From a virus: 64,000 nucleotides of DNA. The notes under the pieces are model-generated. The model saw only the letters and a list, made by a program, of their open reading frames with translations, made no database searches and had not been told where the DNA came from. The stretch covers positions 1-64,000 of IMG/VR virus record IMGVR_UViG_3300032245_000936, one strand, 5' to 3'. A program made the position numbers and the translations under genes. This document shows, piece after piece, positions 45,628 to 55,046 of the stretch; positions within the stretch are counted from its first letter, which is position 1, and every line of letters starts with the position of its first letter.

Positions 45628-46535
45628 ATGATGTAACGTAGGTCCTTTTTGTTGCAGAGGTCAACTACTGCTCTATCACAATACTTACACACATCATACT
45701 GCATGTTCAAAATTTTATCATAGTCCCCGTCCCAGGGTTTACCCTTGCTGGCTTCTAAAAATAGATAGCATGGATACACCTTGCCATGAATGTCCACTTG
45801 TTGACTTTTGTTTTCCCAGCTCATGCAATAGGCTTTGCCTTTCACTGGACTAGCATACTTGGCTCGAGCAAATTTGTCCATTTGTTCGTAGTCTTGTAGT
45901 TTATGCGGGTTTGGGCGCAGACGTTCAATACCAGAAGTGTCCACGTAGTTGCTTTTGTCTTTGAGCAAAAAGGTTTCAGTCCAATACACATGACTAAACT
46001 CGCTTACCATTTGTTGAAACTCAGGTCCATCAAAATCATCACTGTTGTAATGAAAGCGAATACATTGTGCATAATCGTTTTTGTTTGCGCCACGGAACGC
46101 ACGAGCATTGTCAAGTATGTTTTTTAATTTGGTGTTCTTGCGATACACCTCATGCAGTTCTTGTGTGCTACCGCAGATGCTAAAGTAAACTCTATCATCA
46201 TCTCTCATAAGGGTTGAAAGTTCTGCCCACCATTCAGGCTTGTGCGTATCTCCATTGGTACAAATTTCAATTCGTACATTACGTGCCTTGATGTATCGTA
46301 CAAGCTCAAAAAAATGTTTATACAATGTTGGCTCGCTTATGGTGCCAACAAGCCTGACCCATACTAGATCTGGAAATGTTTCCAACTGTGCAATTACGTC
46401 AGCAATAGGACGCACCAGGTTGTCTGGATAATGCTCTTGGTATACAGTATAGTTTCTGTAACATAACTGACATTGTGCATTACAGAGAGTGGTGAGCTCT
46501 AACTCAATGTCTTCAACTCGAGGCATGGTCAGCAT
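45624..46535 (-). CDS. Radical SAM enzyme, group A (Twitch-like C-terminus)
   Basis: CNAQCQLC, GTISEP, TNG; C..PC..CKYC. Confidence 0.9.
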   Translation of the reverse strand: MLTMPRVEDIELELTTLCNAQCQLCYRNYTVYQEHYPDNLVRPIADVIAQLETFPDLVWVRLVGTISEPTLYKHFFELVRYIKARNVRIEICTNGDTHKPEWWAELSTLMRDDDRVYFSICGSTQELHEVYRKNTKLKNILDNARAFRGANKNDYAQCIRFHYNSDDFDGPEFQQMVSEFSHVYWTETFLLKDKSNYVDTSGIERLRPNPHKLQDYEQMDKFARAKYASPVKGKAYCMSWENKSQQVDIHGKVYPCYLFLEASKGKPWDGDYDKILNMQYDVCKYCDRAVVDLCNKKDLRYII

Positions 46536-47443
46536 ACAAAATCCAGTCCCATTTTTTCTATAAAAGTGCGTGTTCGTTTTTCACACAAGAAACAGTCAGG
46601 AAACTTGAATTTCAAGATGTCGCTATAATCAAAGTCTTCTTCTGCAAAGTAATCTTGTTCAAACTCTGCATGTACATAACAAGCACTTACTTGTCCATAC
46701 TGGTTGATATACACTTTCTTTTGTTCTAGACTGCGGCACTGAATATCATAGGTGTTGCCATCGTCTGGTAGTGGACGATTTGCAAACAGTTGTTTAATAG
46801 TCTTATCTCGCACTGCCATTGGTTTTACATTGATAGGGAATTTCTTTTCATAGTCATTCTTACGTCGGACCCCTTCAGTTTCAACATACATTATGTTAGA
46901 GAACTCGTTGATTATTTGTTGCATTTCAGCTGACTTTAAGTCTTCGCTATTATACTCAAATCGTATATGTTGCATCCAGTCGTTACCTAGACCATTTTTA
47001 CGCACTGCTCTTGCATGTTCAATAATTTGTTGTAGATCACTGCCCACACGATATATTTCATGTAGCTGTTGTGTGCTACCACAGATGGTAAATGCTACCA
47101 TACATTTTTTAGGTATGCGTTTACCCAGTGCCTCCCACCATTTTGCATCGTGAGTGTTGCCGTTGGTAAACAACTCGTAGTAAATATCACGACTGTTCAG
47201 GTAATCAATGAACTCATCAAAGTATTTGTACATTGTGGGCTCGCTTACTGCACCTGCAATAAAGAAACGTTTGAGTCCTGTATATTGATCTAATTGTTTA
47301 ATTACTTCCTCAATTGGTCGTATATTCTTGCCAACTAGATGTTGTGCGTGTGAATAATTGCGAGTGCATAACGGACACTCTAAATTGCACAGACCAGTCA
47401 GGTCCATTTCAATTTCTTCAATCTCAGACTTCTTAACTATCAT
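46529..47443 (-). CDS. Radical SAM enzyme, group A
   Basis: CNLECPLC, GAVSEP; C..AC..CFLC. Confidence 0.9.
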   Translation of the reverse strand: MIVKKSEIEEIEMDLTGLCNLECPLCTRNYSHAQHLVGKNIRPIEEVIKQLDQYTGLKRFFIAGAVSEPTMYKYFDEFIDYLNSRDIYYELFTNGNTHDAKWWEALGKRIPKKCMVAFTICGSTQQLHEIYRVGSDLQQIIEHARAVRKNGLGNDWMQHIRFEYNSEDLKSAEMQQIINEFSNIMYVETEGVRRKNDYEKKFPINVKPMAVRDKTIKQLFANRPLPDDGNTYDIQCRSLEQKKVYINQYGQVSACYVHAEFEQDYFAEEDFDYSDILKFKFPDCFLCEKRTRTFIEKMGLDFVC

Positions 47444-48354
47444 ACCATTCGCTCCATACCGTTGCGTTCTAGTATACTGGTTGTCATGCTTTCGCACTCG
47501 TAACAGAAGTCAAATTCAAACTTGTGAATCTCAGAGTAGTCATTGTGATCAAACGGGGTCTTCTTGTACACCCGATACAAGAAGCAAGGAAACTCTTCTC
47601 CAAATTGGTTTATGCTCAAAAACTTTGTTTCGTAACTTTTGCAACGCATCTTACAACTTGCACCATTGGCATGTCTTTTTAAGATGCTGTTTTTTATTGT
47701 GTTATATTTTTCGCCGAGCTTGCCGTGCATCTTGATTGCTGTGTCTTCTTTGATAATTCCAAACCGCTCTTGGTATGGACTAGAATCAATCAACCATGGA
47801 TTGCTAAACTCTGCGATAATTGCCTTCATTGCATCAGACTCAAGATCTTTTGCATTATATTCAAATCGTATATGCTGGCACCAATCATTACACTTGCCGC
47901 TTTGACGAAATGCTGTTGCATGATCACGTATCTGTTGCAGACTACTGTTAACACGATATACTTCATGTAGCTCTTGTGTGCTACCACAGATAGTAAAGTA
48001 AACTCTATCTGTTGCCGCAAAGATATCACCCAATGCTTTCCACCACTCTGGCTTGTGCGTATTACCGTTTGTATACAGTTCAATTTTAATACCTCGGCCC
48101 ACTAGATATTTTACCAGTGGAACAAAGTCTTTGTACATGGTAGGTTCGCTAACGCTGCCGGCCATGCAAACAAATTTCAGGTTAGGAAATGTGTCAAGTT
48201 GGGTTATCCATTCATCAACAGGTCTGATATTCTTCTGCACTAGATGTTGTGCATTTTCATATGATCGTAGACAGAGAGGGCAGTCTAGGTTACAGGTGCC
48301 TGTAAGCTCTAGCTCAACTTCAAGTATTTCTGCTCTGTCTAATCCTAGTTTCAT
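47440..48354 (-). CDS. Radical SAM enzyme, group A
   Basis: CNLDCPLC, GSVSEP; C..PC..CYEC. Confidence 0.9.
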   Translation of the reverse strand: MKLGLDRAEILEVELELTGTCNLDCPLCLRSYENAQHLVQKNIRPVDEWITQLDTFPNLKFVCMAGSVSEPTMYKDFVPLVKYLVGRGIKIELYTNGNTHKPEWWKALGDIFAATDRVYFTICGSTQELHEVYRVNSSLQQIRDHATAFRQSGKCNDWCQHIRFEYNAKDLESDAMKAIIAEFSNPWLIDSSPYQERFGIIKEDTAIKMHGKLGEKYNTIKNSILKRHANGASCKMRCKSYETKFLSINQFGEEFPCFLYRVYKKTPFDHNDYSEIHKFEFDFCYECESMTTSILERNGMERMV

Positions 48355-48974
48355 AGATAAATTATGCTGTTAAAATCTTTTTCTTTAAAAACACGCTTGA
48401 TTGAGTCTGGCGTCATGCGTTTATGATACATGGTCAACATGCGATGCTTGTTACTATTACTTAACGTCGGACCTGATATACCCAATGGCATTGTAGCGGC
48501 AACCAAATTGAACTGTATGTCAGGGTACTTATCCAAAAATGTGCCCAAACGATCAAAGTTTAAATCTGTGACAATCAGTAGGTACTGCAAATTTATAGTA
48601 GCATCAATGATAATATCGTCATCTAAATTGATGTCTTCACTGCAATGATATAGTATGGTATCAAAACGAGGCAGTAAATCGCGATAGCGTTTGATAAACA
48701 ATCCGTTGGTATTGATACTAGGGCGGCAACCTTTTGCCTCCAATGCGTCTAGTATGTAAACAATGTCCTCACGTTTCATTGTACCAACTTCGCCACCGCT
48801 GAGTGTTACATTATAGCCAGGTATTATTTTATCTATTTTTTCTTTAACCTGATCCATGCCAAGTTTAGGACGATTGTGTGTGTCCACACAGCAATAGTTA
48901 CAATGCCATTGGCATACCCATGTAACCACAAGTTCAATTTCTTTTTCTTTTGCTTGTATTGCCATCAGTGCCAC
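48351..48974 (-). CDS. Minimal radical SAM enzyme, group B
   Basis: CQWHCNYC, GGE, NTNG, YHCSE. Confidence 0.9.
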   Translation of the reverse strand: MALMAIQAKEKEIELVVTWVCQWHCNYCCVDTHNRPKLGMDQVKEKIDKIIPGYNVTLSGGEVGTMKREDIVYILDALEAKGCRPSINTNGLFIKRYRDLLPRFDTILYHCSEDINLDDDIIIDATINLQYLLIVTDLNFDRLGTFLDKYPDIQFNLVAATMPLGISGPTLSNSNKHRMLTMYHKRMTPDSIKRVFKEKDFNSIIYL

Positions 48975-49546
48975 CTTGCCACAACTGTAACAAACTCATC
49001 CAGGCTATATGGATGAACCTTGTGCCCGTGTTGGTTGAAGAAGTCCATCATTAGATTCAAACTAATCTTGCGTTGACTACGTACATCAGGCAACAACAAG
49101 AACTTGATATGAGGATACTTCTCTATCATTTTATGTATGCTTCCATCCAGGAAGTTTGTATTGGTTACTACCAATGCGTAGAACACATGATCTAATTCTA
49201 AATTAGGAAACTCTATGTCGTCGGGCAGATACTCCACGCAATGATAATGTATCTTTCCAAACTCATGTACCAATGGCATGTGTTGCCTGAAGAACAACCC
49301 GTTTGTCAACAGGTCAATTATACAGTTCTTGTCCTTGAGCAGTTTTATTATCAACTCCAACTGCTCACGTTTCAGTAACCCAGGCTCTCCTCCGCCAAAC
49401 GTGACCTCTGTGTCGGGTTCAATGGCCTTTACCCTGCGTAGTACTTCTTCAAAAGGCAGCTCTGGTTGGTTGTGTATATCTGCAACACAATAGTCACAGT
49501 GCCAGTTGCACTTGTTGGTTAAAGGCAATTCAATTTCTTTTTTCAT
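48965..49546 (-). CDS. Minimal radical SAM enzyme, group B
   Basis: CNWHCDYC, GGEPG, LTNG, YHCVE. Confidence 0.9.
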   Translation of the reverse strand: MKKEIELPLTNKCNWHCDYCVADIHNQPELPFEEVLRRVKAIEPDTEVTFGGGEPGLLKREQLELIIKLLKDKNCIIDLLTNGLFFRQHMPLVHEFGKIHYHCVEYLPDDIEFPNLELDHVFYALVVTNTNFLDGSIHKMIEKYPHIKFLLLPDVRSQRKISLNLMMDFFNQHGHKVHPYSLDEFVTVVARWH

Positions 49547-50217
49547 CTCAATGCCTTTAACTTGCGGATATTGTTTACTTCCCAGCAACTGGTAATCAAA
49601 TGTAGATAGCTGTCAGGTGCAATACGATCTTTATACTGATTATATACTTTGAATCCATTGGCTCTGCTCAATCCTTTGCCAATTACATTATCTGCTCCAA
49701 ATACTAAAAATCTGATATCCGGATATTGATTGATATAAAAGTCCAAACGGTGCATGGTATCATCTGTGATTACCAATTGAAAATCAATTTTGGATATATC
49801 AACGTGCTCAGGAATCCAAATGTCATCATTGTCTAAATGTTCACTACAGTGATATAAAAAACTGTCTGGGATATGGCATAGATTTTTGTGTTTTTTAAAA
49901 AATGTTCCATTGGTGTTTACATTAACAAAGCATCCTTTATTCTTTAACTCTGTTAACACCCATTCCATAACAGCATGATCAATGAGCCCTGGCTCGCCAC
50001 CAGTTAATGCAACATCACTGTTTCCTGGTATTGCTTCAACTTTTTGTTTTATGTCATGATAGGTTACATCAGCTCTGTTGTGTGTGTCCTCAGAGCAGTA
50101 GTCGCAGAACCAATTACACTTATAGGTTAGGTACAAGGTATAACTGTTAGCTCCATCAAGTCCTCCTTGAAAGAATTCATAGTTGTCGTGCTTTACTCTT
50201 GGCAATTGATTGCTCAT
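49543..50217 (-). CDS. Minimal radical SAM enzyme, group B
   Basis: CNWFCDYC, GGEPG, NTNG, YHCSE. Confidence 0.9.
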   Translation of the reverse strand: MSNQLPRVKHDNYEFFQGGLDGANSYTLYLTYKCNWFCDYCSEDTHNRADVTYHDIKQKVEAIPGNSDVALTGGEPGLIDHAVMEWVLTELKNKGCFVNVNTNGTFFKKHKNLCHIPDSFLYHCSEHLDNDDIWIPEHVDISKIDFQLVITDDTMHRLDFYINQYPDIRFLVFGADNVIGKGLSRANGFKVYNQYKDRIAPDSYLHLITSCWEVNNIRKLKALR

Positions 50218-51266
50218 TTGTAAAACCCTTTTCTATAAAAATTTACCTGTGTGATTTTTTCACCCGGAGCCGGAGTCAGTACCACATCTTTGATCTGTTT
50301 CTCAACACCATCACAGATGTAATAATGTTTACACTCTAAGCAGTCCTTGGTTTTATAGTATGTGCGGTTGCGTTTGAATGCGGCTGCATCATACATGGCC
50401 TTGAGTGGATCAGCGCGATATGTTTCAGGATCGATGTCACCATTGTATACCGCAATATTCCAATCATATACATCATAGATATGTTGATAATAATTGCAAA
50501 CGTATTGTTCATAGCCTGTCATGAAGCAATAAGGTGTGTACCTTACGTTGATTTTTTTAACTTGATCTTTTAACAAATCAATGGCCTGATGTACATAAGG
50601 TGTAACTTCAGCGTAGTTGATAGTGTCTTGTTTGCCAGCATCGTCCCAATAGTTGAGAGTGAGAAAGTTCACTTCAAAGGGTTGTAGTTCTTGCATCAGT
50701 GCCACAAACTTTGTGGGCAAGGATTTGTAGTTCCGGTGAGTCACTGTGCAATTAACACGAACCAAAATGCCTAACTCATGTGCATTGTGTATGGCCTGGA
50801 CAATATTTTCAAAGCCCTTGCGATGACCTACTAATATGTTGTGAGACTCTTTGTCATAACCATGTACACTAAATAGGATTTCTTCTAGTCCGTGTTCTTT
50901 TGATTTTGCTAAGAATTCTTTATTGGCAAATTTGTACCCATTGCTCAGTGTACTGATTTTCAATCCATGCCCGCGGCAGTAGTCTAGTATATCAAACCAT
51001 TGCTTGTGAATACTGCTTTCTCCACCACTAAGGTCTACTTCTTTAATTCCACAAGCAATCAAATAATCAATGCGTTCTTTTATTTTTTCAAACTCAGTTA
51101 CTTCATCAAGCTGTGTTTTGTAATAGCAGAACTCACAACGATAGTTGCAATGTGTGCCAGTGTCTAGTTTGGCACGATTGCACATAGGCTCGTTACTATC
51201 AATCTGTAACTTATTGCTCAGCTCGTTGTATAGTCTCACGTTCAATCTCTTGGTATTGTTGGTCAA
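50214..51266 (-). CDS. Radical SAM enzyme with C-terminal CxxC-x5-C cluster motif
   Basis: CNYRCEFC, GGES; PYC...CLECKHYYICDG; start uncertain. Confidence 0.9.
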   Translation of the reverse strand: MTNNTKRLNVRLYNELSNKLQIDSNEPMCNRAKLDTGTHCNYRCEFCYYKTQLDEVTEFEKIKERIDYLIACGIKEVDLSGGESSIHKQWFDILDYCRGHGLKISTLSNGYKFANKEFLAKSKEHGLEEILFSVHGYDKESHNILVGHRKGFENIVQAIHNAHELGILVRVNCTVTHRNYKSLPTKFVALMQELQPFEVNFLTLNYWDDAGKQDTINYAEVTPYVHQAIDLLKDQVKKINVRYTPYCFMTGYEQYVCNYYQHIYDVYDWNIAVYNGDIDPETYRADPLKAMYDAAAFKRNRTYYKTKDCLECKHYYICDGVEKQIKDVVLTPAPGEKITQVNFYRKGFYK

Positions 51267-52056
51267 TTGGCTCTGGATCAGCCTGATATTTCTTTTTACT
51301 TGCCACCATCAATTTAAATGATGACACCGATTCTTTATAACAAGTCCTACTAAAACTACTGCAATGATTTAAACATATACTTTGGCTATCAAAGAACTTG
51401 TATCTAATAGGGTGCTCTAATGCTTCCTTTAGTGACACTGTGTTTAGATTTGCAAAGGCCAACTTATCATTATAAGGAACATTGTCTTTTACGAACTTAC
51501 AAAACATCACATCACCATTGGCCAATATCTTGGGCATACTGTGAAAATGGCATTTGAGTTTAGAGTTGAATTCTTCGTTTATTTTTGTGCCGGTGTAATT
51601 GAAAACATAGTTTCGATCGCGGCGCTCTAGGTTGTAACGTATACCGGCTGCATCAAGTTCATCAATTCGACGATGCACAATATCAAATAAATTTTTATCC
51701 ATGCCGGTTAGCTCTTTGAACTTTTCTGGAGTGTCACCATAATAACTGATACAGAATTTAATATTGGTCATACCAATTTTTTTCAGCTTCTCTACATTCA
51801 CTGCGGTTACATTGGTAAACACAATGGTGTATTTCATATGCGTGTTTACAAAATCAAGCATTTCATAAATGTCAGGATGCAGGAATGGTTCGCCTTTTGC
51901 AGGAATCAAATCAACTTCTGTTATGCCCATTGCCTTTGCTTCTAAAATAATTCTTTTGAATAATTCTAGATCCATATACTGCGGCTCGGTGATATCTTTG
52001 GCTTTGCAAAAATAGCATTTGAAATTGCAATACTCAATGATTTCTACCACTATCAT
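51211..52056 (-). CDS. Radical SAM enzyme (Twitch/SPASM-like)
   Basis: CNFKCYFC, GEPFLHP; C..GDVMFC..CLNHC. Confidence 0.9.
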   Translation of the reverse strand: MIVVEIIEYCNFKCYFCKAKDITEPQYMDLELFKRIILEAKAMGITEVDLIPAKGEPFLHPDIYEMLDFVNTHMKYTIVFTNVTAVNVEKLKKIGMTNIKFCISYYGDTPEKFKELTGMDKNLFDIVHRRIDELDAAGIRYNLERRDRNYVFNYTGTKINEEFNSKLKCHFHSMPKILANGDVMFCKFVKDNVPYNDKLAFANLNTVSLKEALEHPIRYKFFDSQSICLNHCSSFSRTCYKESVSSFKLMVASKKKYQADPEPIDQQYQEIERETIQRAEQ

Positions 52057-52946
52057 ATTATGCCTTTAAGGATGTCCACTATCTCATCATTGGGCTTTAG
52101 ATGGATGCTGTCAAACTTATAGTCAATATCCCAGCGTCTCCAATACAGTCCTAGATCTTCTGCCCAGTAATCTATATCATGATAAATTACCTCTTTGCTG
52201 TAGTATTTACATTCGGCTATGAAACGAGGCGAACAATCCCACTTTCTTTCAACTGGAGTGTACACATACGTGGTAAACTGTTCAAACAGATTGTCTACTG
52301 GTGGAAGTATAAACGTAATTCCAGTCACTGGAGTTGGTTGATTTTCTGCATTGGTAATTGCAACAATAGGTTTATTGTATCTTGCAAAGTCTGCCCAATC
52401 TTTTATATTGCGGCAGTTTTTGGTGGCATACAGCAATATTTGATTTTTGCTTTCGCCAATGGTTTTTAGTCGACTAAAGAGTATTTTCTTTTTATAGTTG
52501 ATTCCGTTGGTTTTGACAGGATCATACACACGGTCGTCTTGTAAGATGTAGACGTTGTGTTTATCATTGTCTTTGATCTCTTTGTTTCCGCAAGCAAAGA
52601 AGATGATGTTGTCAAATAACAGCGTGTACTCTTGTGCATTTACAATACCTCCGTCTGTAAATAAAATATTACGGCCACGTAACAAACTAGGGCGATTGCC
52701 GAACACAGTATGTGCGCGAATATCGGCAATTTCATGATCTGTAAAATCATACTTGTTTCTAATACTTCTCTCAACGGTTTGCCAATCAATATCTTCTCCT
52801 AAAAAAATTCCCACTTTAAAATGATCTTTGAGTACGTGATAGTAGTCAAATACTTCAAAGGTATGTCCACACACGCCGTGATTGTTGTTGCTCCAGGTAT
52901 AGCTGAGCCAGAGATCGTACGAAGGATCTAATTGTATTATTTTCAT
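52053..52946 (-). CDS. Hypothetical protein, possible GT-B-like; paralog of 52943-53731
   Basis: HGVCGHTFEVFDYY; DCSPRFIAECKYYSKEV. Confidence 0.5.
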   Translation of the reverse strand: MKIIQLDPSYDLWLSYTWSNNNHGVCGHTFEVFDYYHVLKDHFKVGIFLGEDIDWQTVERSIRNKYDFTDHEIADIRAHTVFGNRPSLLRGRNILFTDGGIVNAQEYTLLFDNIIFFACGNKEIKDNDKHNVYILQDDRVYDPVKTNGINYKKKILFSRLKTIGESKNQILLYATKNCRNIKDWADFARYNKPIVAITNAENQPTPVTGITFILPPVDNLFEQFTTYVYTPVERKWDCSPRFIAECKYYSKEVIYHDIDYWAEDLGLYWRRWDIDYKFDSIHLKPNDEIVDILKGII

Positions 52947-53731
52947 CTGAGCATTGCCTTTACCATTACATCATCTTGTGTCAGTGTGTAATTAGTCAGT
53001 CCGTTTTGTTTGATATCATTGTAGCGTAGCATGATTGAATCTACACCTGTATAGACTTCTTCTACTGTGACTTGTTTATTGTAATAAAATCCCTCAGGGA
53101 TGATTCGATTGTTGCTGTCTCGTACCACATGTATATAATGCACTGCATCAATCAATTCAAACAAGTTGCCTACTCCAGTGTGTTGCTTCTTTAGTATAAT
53201 TGGTCGATTGAACTGTTTCTTTAATCGTTCATATTCAAATCGAATAAACTGTGGGTCCAGACAACTCACAAACACGCCAGGTGCTGAAGTTGTTAGCTGT
53301 GGGAATATTTCAAAGTTTAATTTTAGATAGCAGAACACATCGTAGTATTGAAAATCATAGCTTCCGTAGTAGGTTACAGATCTTTGATTGCGGTAGCGGA
53401 ACCATTCGTGTTCTTCGTTGCTAAAACAATGTACTTCGTTGGTGAAAAACTCTCGGCATTGACGAAATGTATCAACATCCAGTACCAGAGTTCTGTCTAG
53501 ATCAAGTTGATAGAGTTCGGTGAGTTTGATTGGAACAATGCCGTCTGTGAAAATTTGATATTTTTGAGAAAGTATGTTTGCGACGAGGCGAAGATCGCCT
53601 TCTGTTATGCCTATAACATAAAATTGAACATCAGTATATTTTTGTAAAAACTTAAAATATTCAAAGCAGTAAAACAGAGTTCCGTTGATCTTGTTATGTG
53701 GTTTGTGTTTGTACACCACTCCAAGTTTCAT
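52943..53731 (-). CDS. Hypothetical protein, possible GT-B-like; paralog of 52053-52946
   Basis: KINGTLFYCFEYF; DSNNRIIPEGFYYNKQV. Confidence 0.5.
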   Translation of the reverse strand: MKLGVVYKHKPHNKINGTLFYCFEYFKFLQKYTDVQFYVIGITEGDLRLVANILSQKYQIFTDGIVPIKLTELYQLDLDRTLVLDVDTFRQCREFFTNEVHCFSNEEHEWFRYRNQRSVTYYGSYDFQYYDVFCYLKLNFEIFPQLTTSAPGVFVSCLDPQFIRFEYERLKKQFNRPIILKKQHTGVGNLFELIDAVHYIHVVRDSNNRIIPEGFYYNKQVTVEEVYTGVDSIMLRYNDIKQNGLTNYTLTQDDVMVKAMLR

Positions 53732-53732
53732 A

Positions 53733-54371
53733 TTAAAATCTTGCGTAGAAGTCTTCTAAAAAGTTTTGTTCTATTGTTTTAACTTCTTCTTGTGTGTTAG
53801 ACAATTTAATTGCAGTGCGGAATGCACTGAACTTTCTTTCTAGCTGTGCCACAGATTCAATTTCATCTTTGTAGTTTAGATAATCTTCTAACTTGGTAAT
53901 CAGTTTCTCGTCGCCGGTTTCAAGTATTTCCAAATACTTTTCTTCACGGTTGTCATTGGTGATGAAATATCCAGCATTGGCTAGATCGTTGTTGAGCATG
54001 ATAAATCCATACATGGTCAGCCCAGCAATCTTGGAAAGCTCTGGTGTAATCAACATGCGAATTTTTATCATGGCTGCATTTCTTGCTTCCTGGAGAGGGT
54101 CTGTTTCCATAAGGTCAATGACCTCAAACTCCCCGGGCAATACTTCCGTGGTTCTGAGAGTTTTACTGATATGAATAGTTTTGTTTTCAACCACTGCTTT
54201 TTTCATCATCTCAGCACTCATGTAACTGAGTTTGAGATATTTTTCTTGGTGGTCCGCCGGGGCATCTAATGTGTTGTTGACCACATTAGTTACCCGGTAG
54301 TAAGTGCCGCAGTCAATGACGTGGGCCAGATCGTAAAGCATTGTCATAATTGATTCCTCATTGTATACCAA
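53733..54371 (-). CDS. Hypothetical protein, possible fibre-assembly chaperone
   Basis: Directly follows the Cys-rich fibre-like gene; helical C-terminus IKLSNTQEEVKTI resembles DUF4376-type endings. Confidence 0.4.
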   Translation of the reverse strand: MVYNEESIMTMLYDLAHVIDCGTYYRVTNVVNNTLDAPADHQEKYLKLSYMSAEMMKKAVVENKTIHISKTLRTTEVLPGEFEVIDLMETDPLQEARNAAMIKIRMLITPELSKIAGLTMYGFIMLNNDLANAGYFITNDNREEKYLEILETGDEKLITKLEDYLNYKDEIESVAQLERKFSAFRTAIKLSNTQEEVKTIEQNFLEDFYARF

Positions 54372-54373
54372 AT

Positions 54374-55042
54374 TCAGATTGGTAAGAGTTTATAGTTCAC
54401 CATGTAAAATCCGCGAGCATCCTTCTTTAATGCTTGTTCATGTTTGGTTCCAACTAGTTCTTGAGCAATAACGCCAACATACTCTGTGGCTTTGTCCCAG
54501 ATATATGTCCAAGAATAGATATTCAGACCATTGCGTGTTTCAATGAACTTGATGTTTTCTTTGAGACGTTGATCACTGTAGTTACAACCGCAGTCGTTGT
54601 GACAACTACAAACGTTGTTACAGGAGCAGTCTGAATTACAAATACAATCTTGGCGAATTACATCGTAACGTGCTTTGAGCTCCGTCCAATGAGTAATCTG
54701 TACCTTTGTGCCTGCGGCCAGCGAAGCCGGAACTGTGGTCAGATATGCTACCATAGTACGAAGATTGTTGTATTGTCCTGACGTGGCTGTGGTTGCGCCC
54801 GGTGAAAATGCAGTTCCCTCATACAATGTGTATGGGCCGTAATCGCCATGAGAATCATAACGAGCAATCTCGTCACGAATACTGCTACGTAATAAATTTA
54901 TATCTGCGGCTGTTACCTTACCACCTTGAGCCCATTCATTACTCATGGTAATGGCTCTGTTAGTAGAGCAGCCAGGACGGTGATTTGAACAGGATGATGT
55001 GCCTGTTCCGTGGTCAGTGCAGTGTGAACCAGAGCATGCCAT
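54374..55042 (-). CDS. Cys-rich fibre-like protein with C-terminal Peptidase_S74 autocleaving chaperone domain
   Basis: N-terminal Cys/His cluster; three G..(V/T)x(A/I)...(N/T).L(R/K) repeats; CICNSDCSCNNVCSCHNDCGC; then SDQRLKENI...GVIAQE...VNY. Confidence 0.8.
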   Translation of the reverse strand: MACSGSHCTDHGTGTSSCSNHRPGCSTNRAITMSNEWAQGGKVTAADINLLRSSIRDEIARYDSHGDYGPYTLYEGTAFSPGATTATSGQYNNLRTMVAYLTTVPASLAAGTKVQITHWTELKARYDVIRQDCICNSDCSCNNVCSCHNDCGCNYSDQRLKENIKFIETRNGLNIYSWTYIWDKATEYVGVIAQELVGTKHEQALKKDARGFYMVNYKLLPI

Positions 55043-55046
55043 TTGG

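Noticed and set aside
54584-54646. Cys array as a DNA tandem repeat or mini-CRISPR
   Set aside because: The periodicity is at protein level with varied codons; there are no identical direct repeats with spacers.
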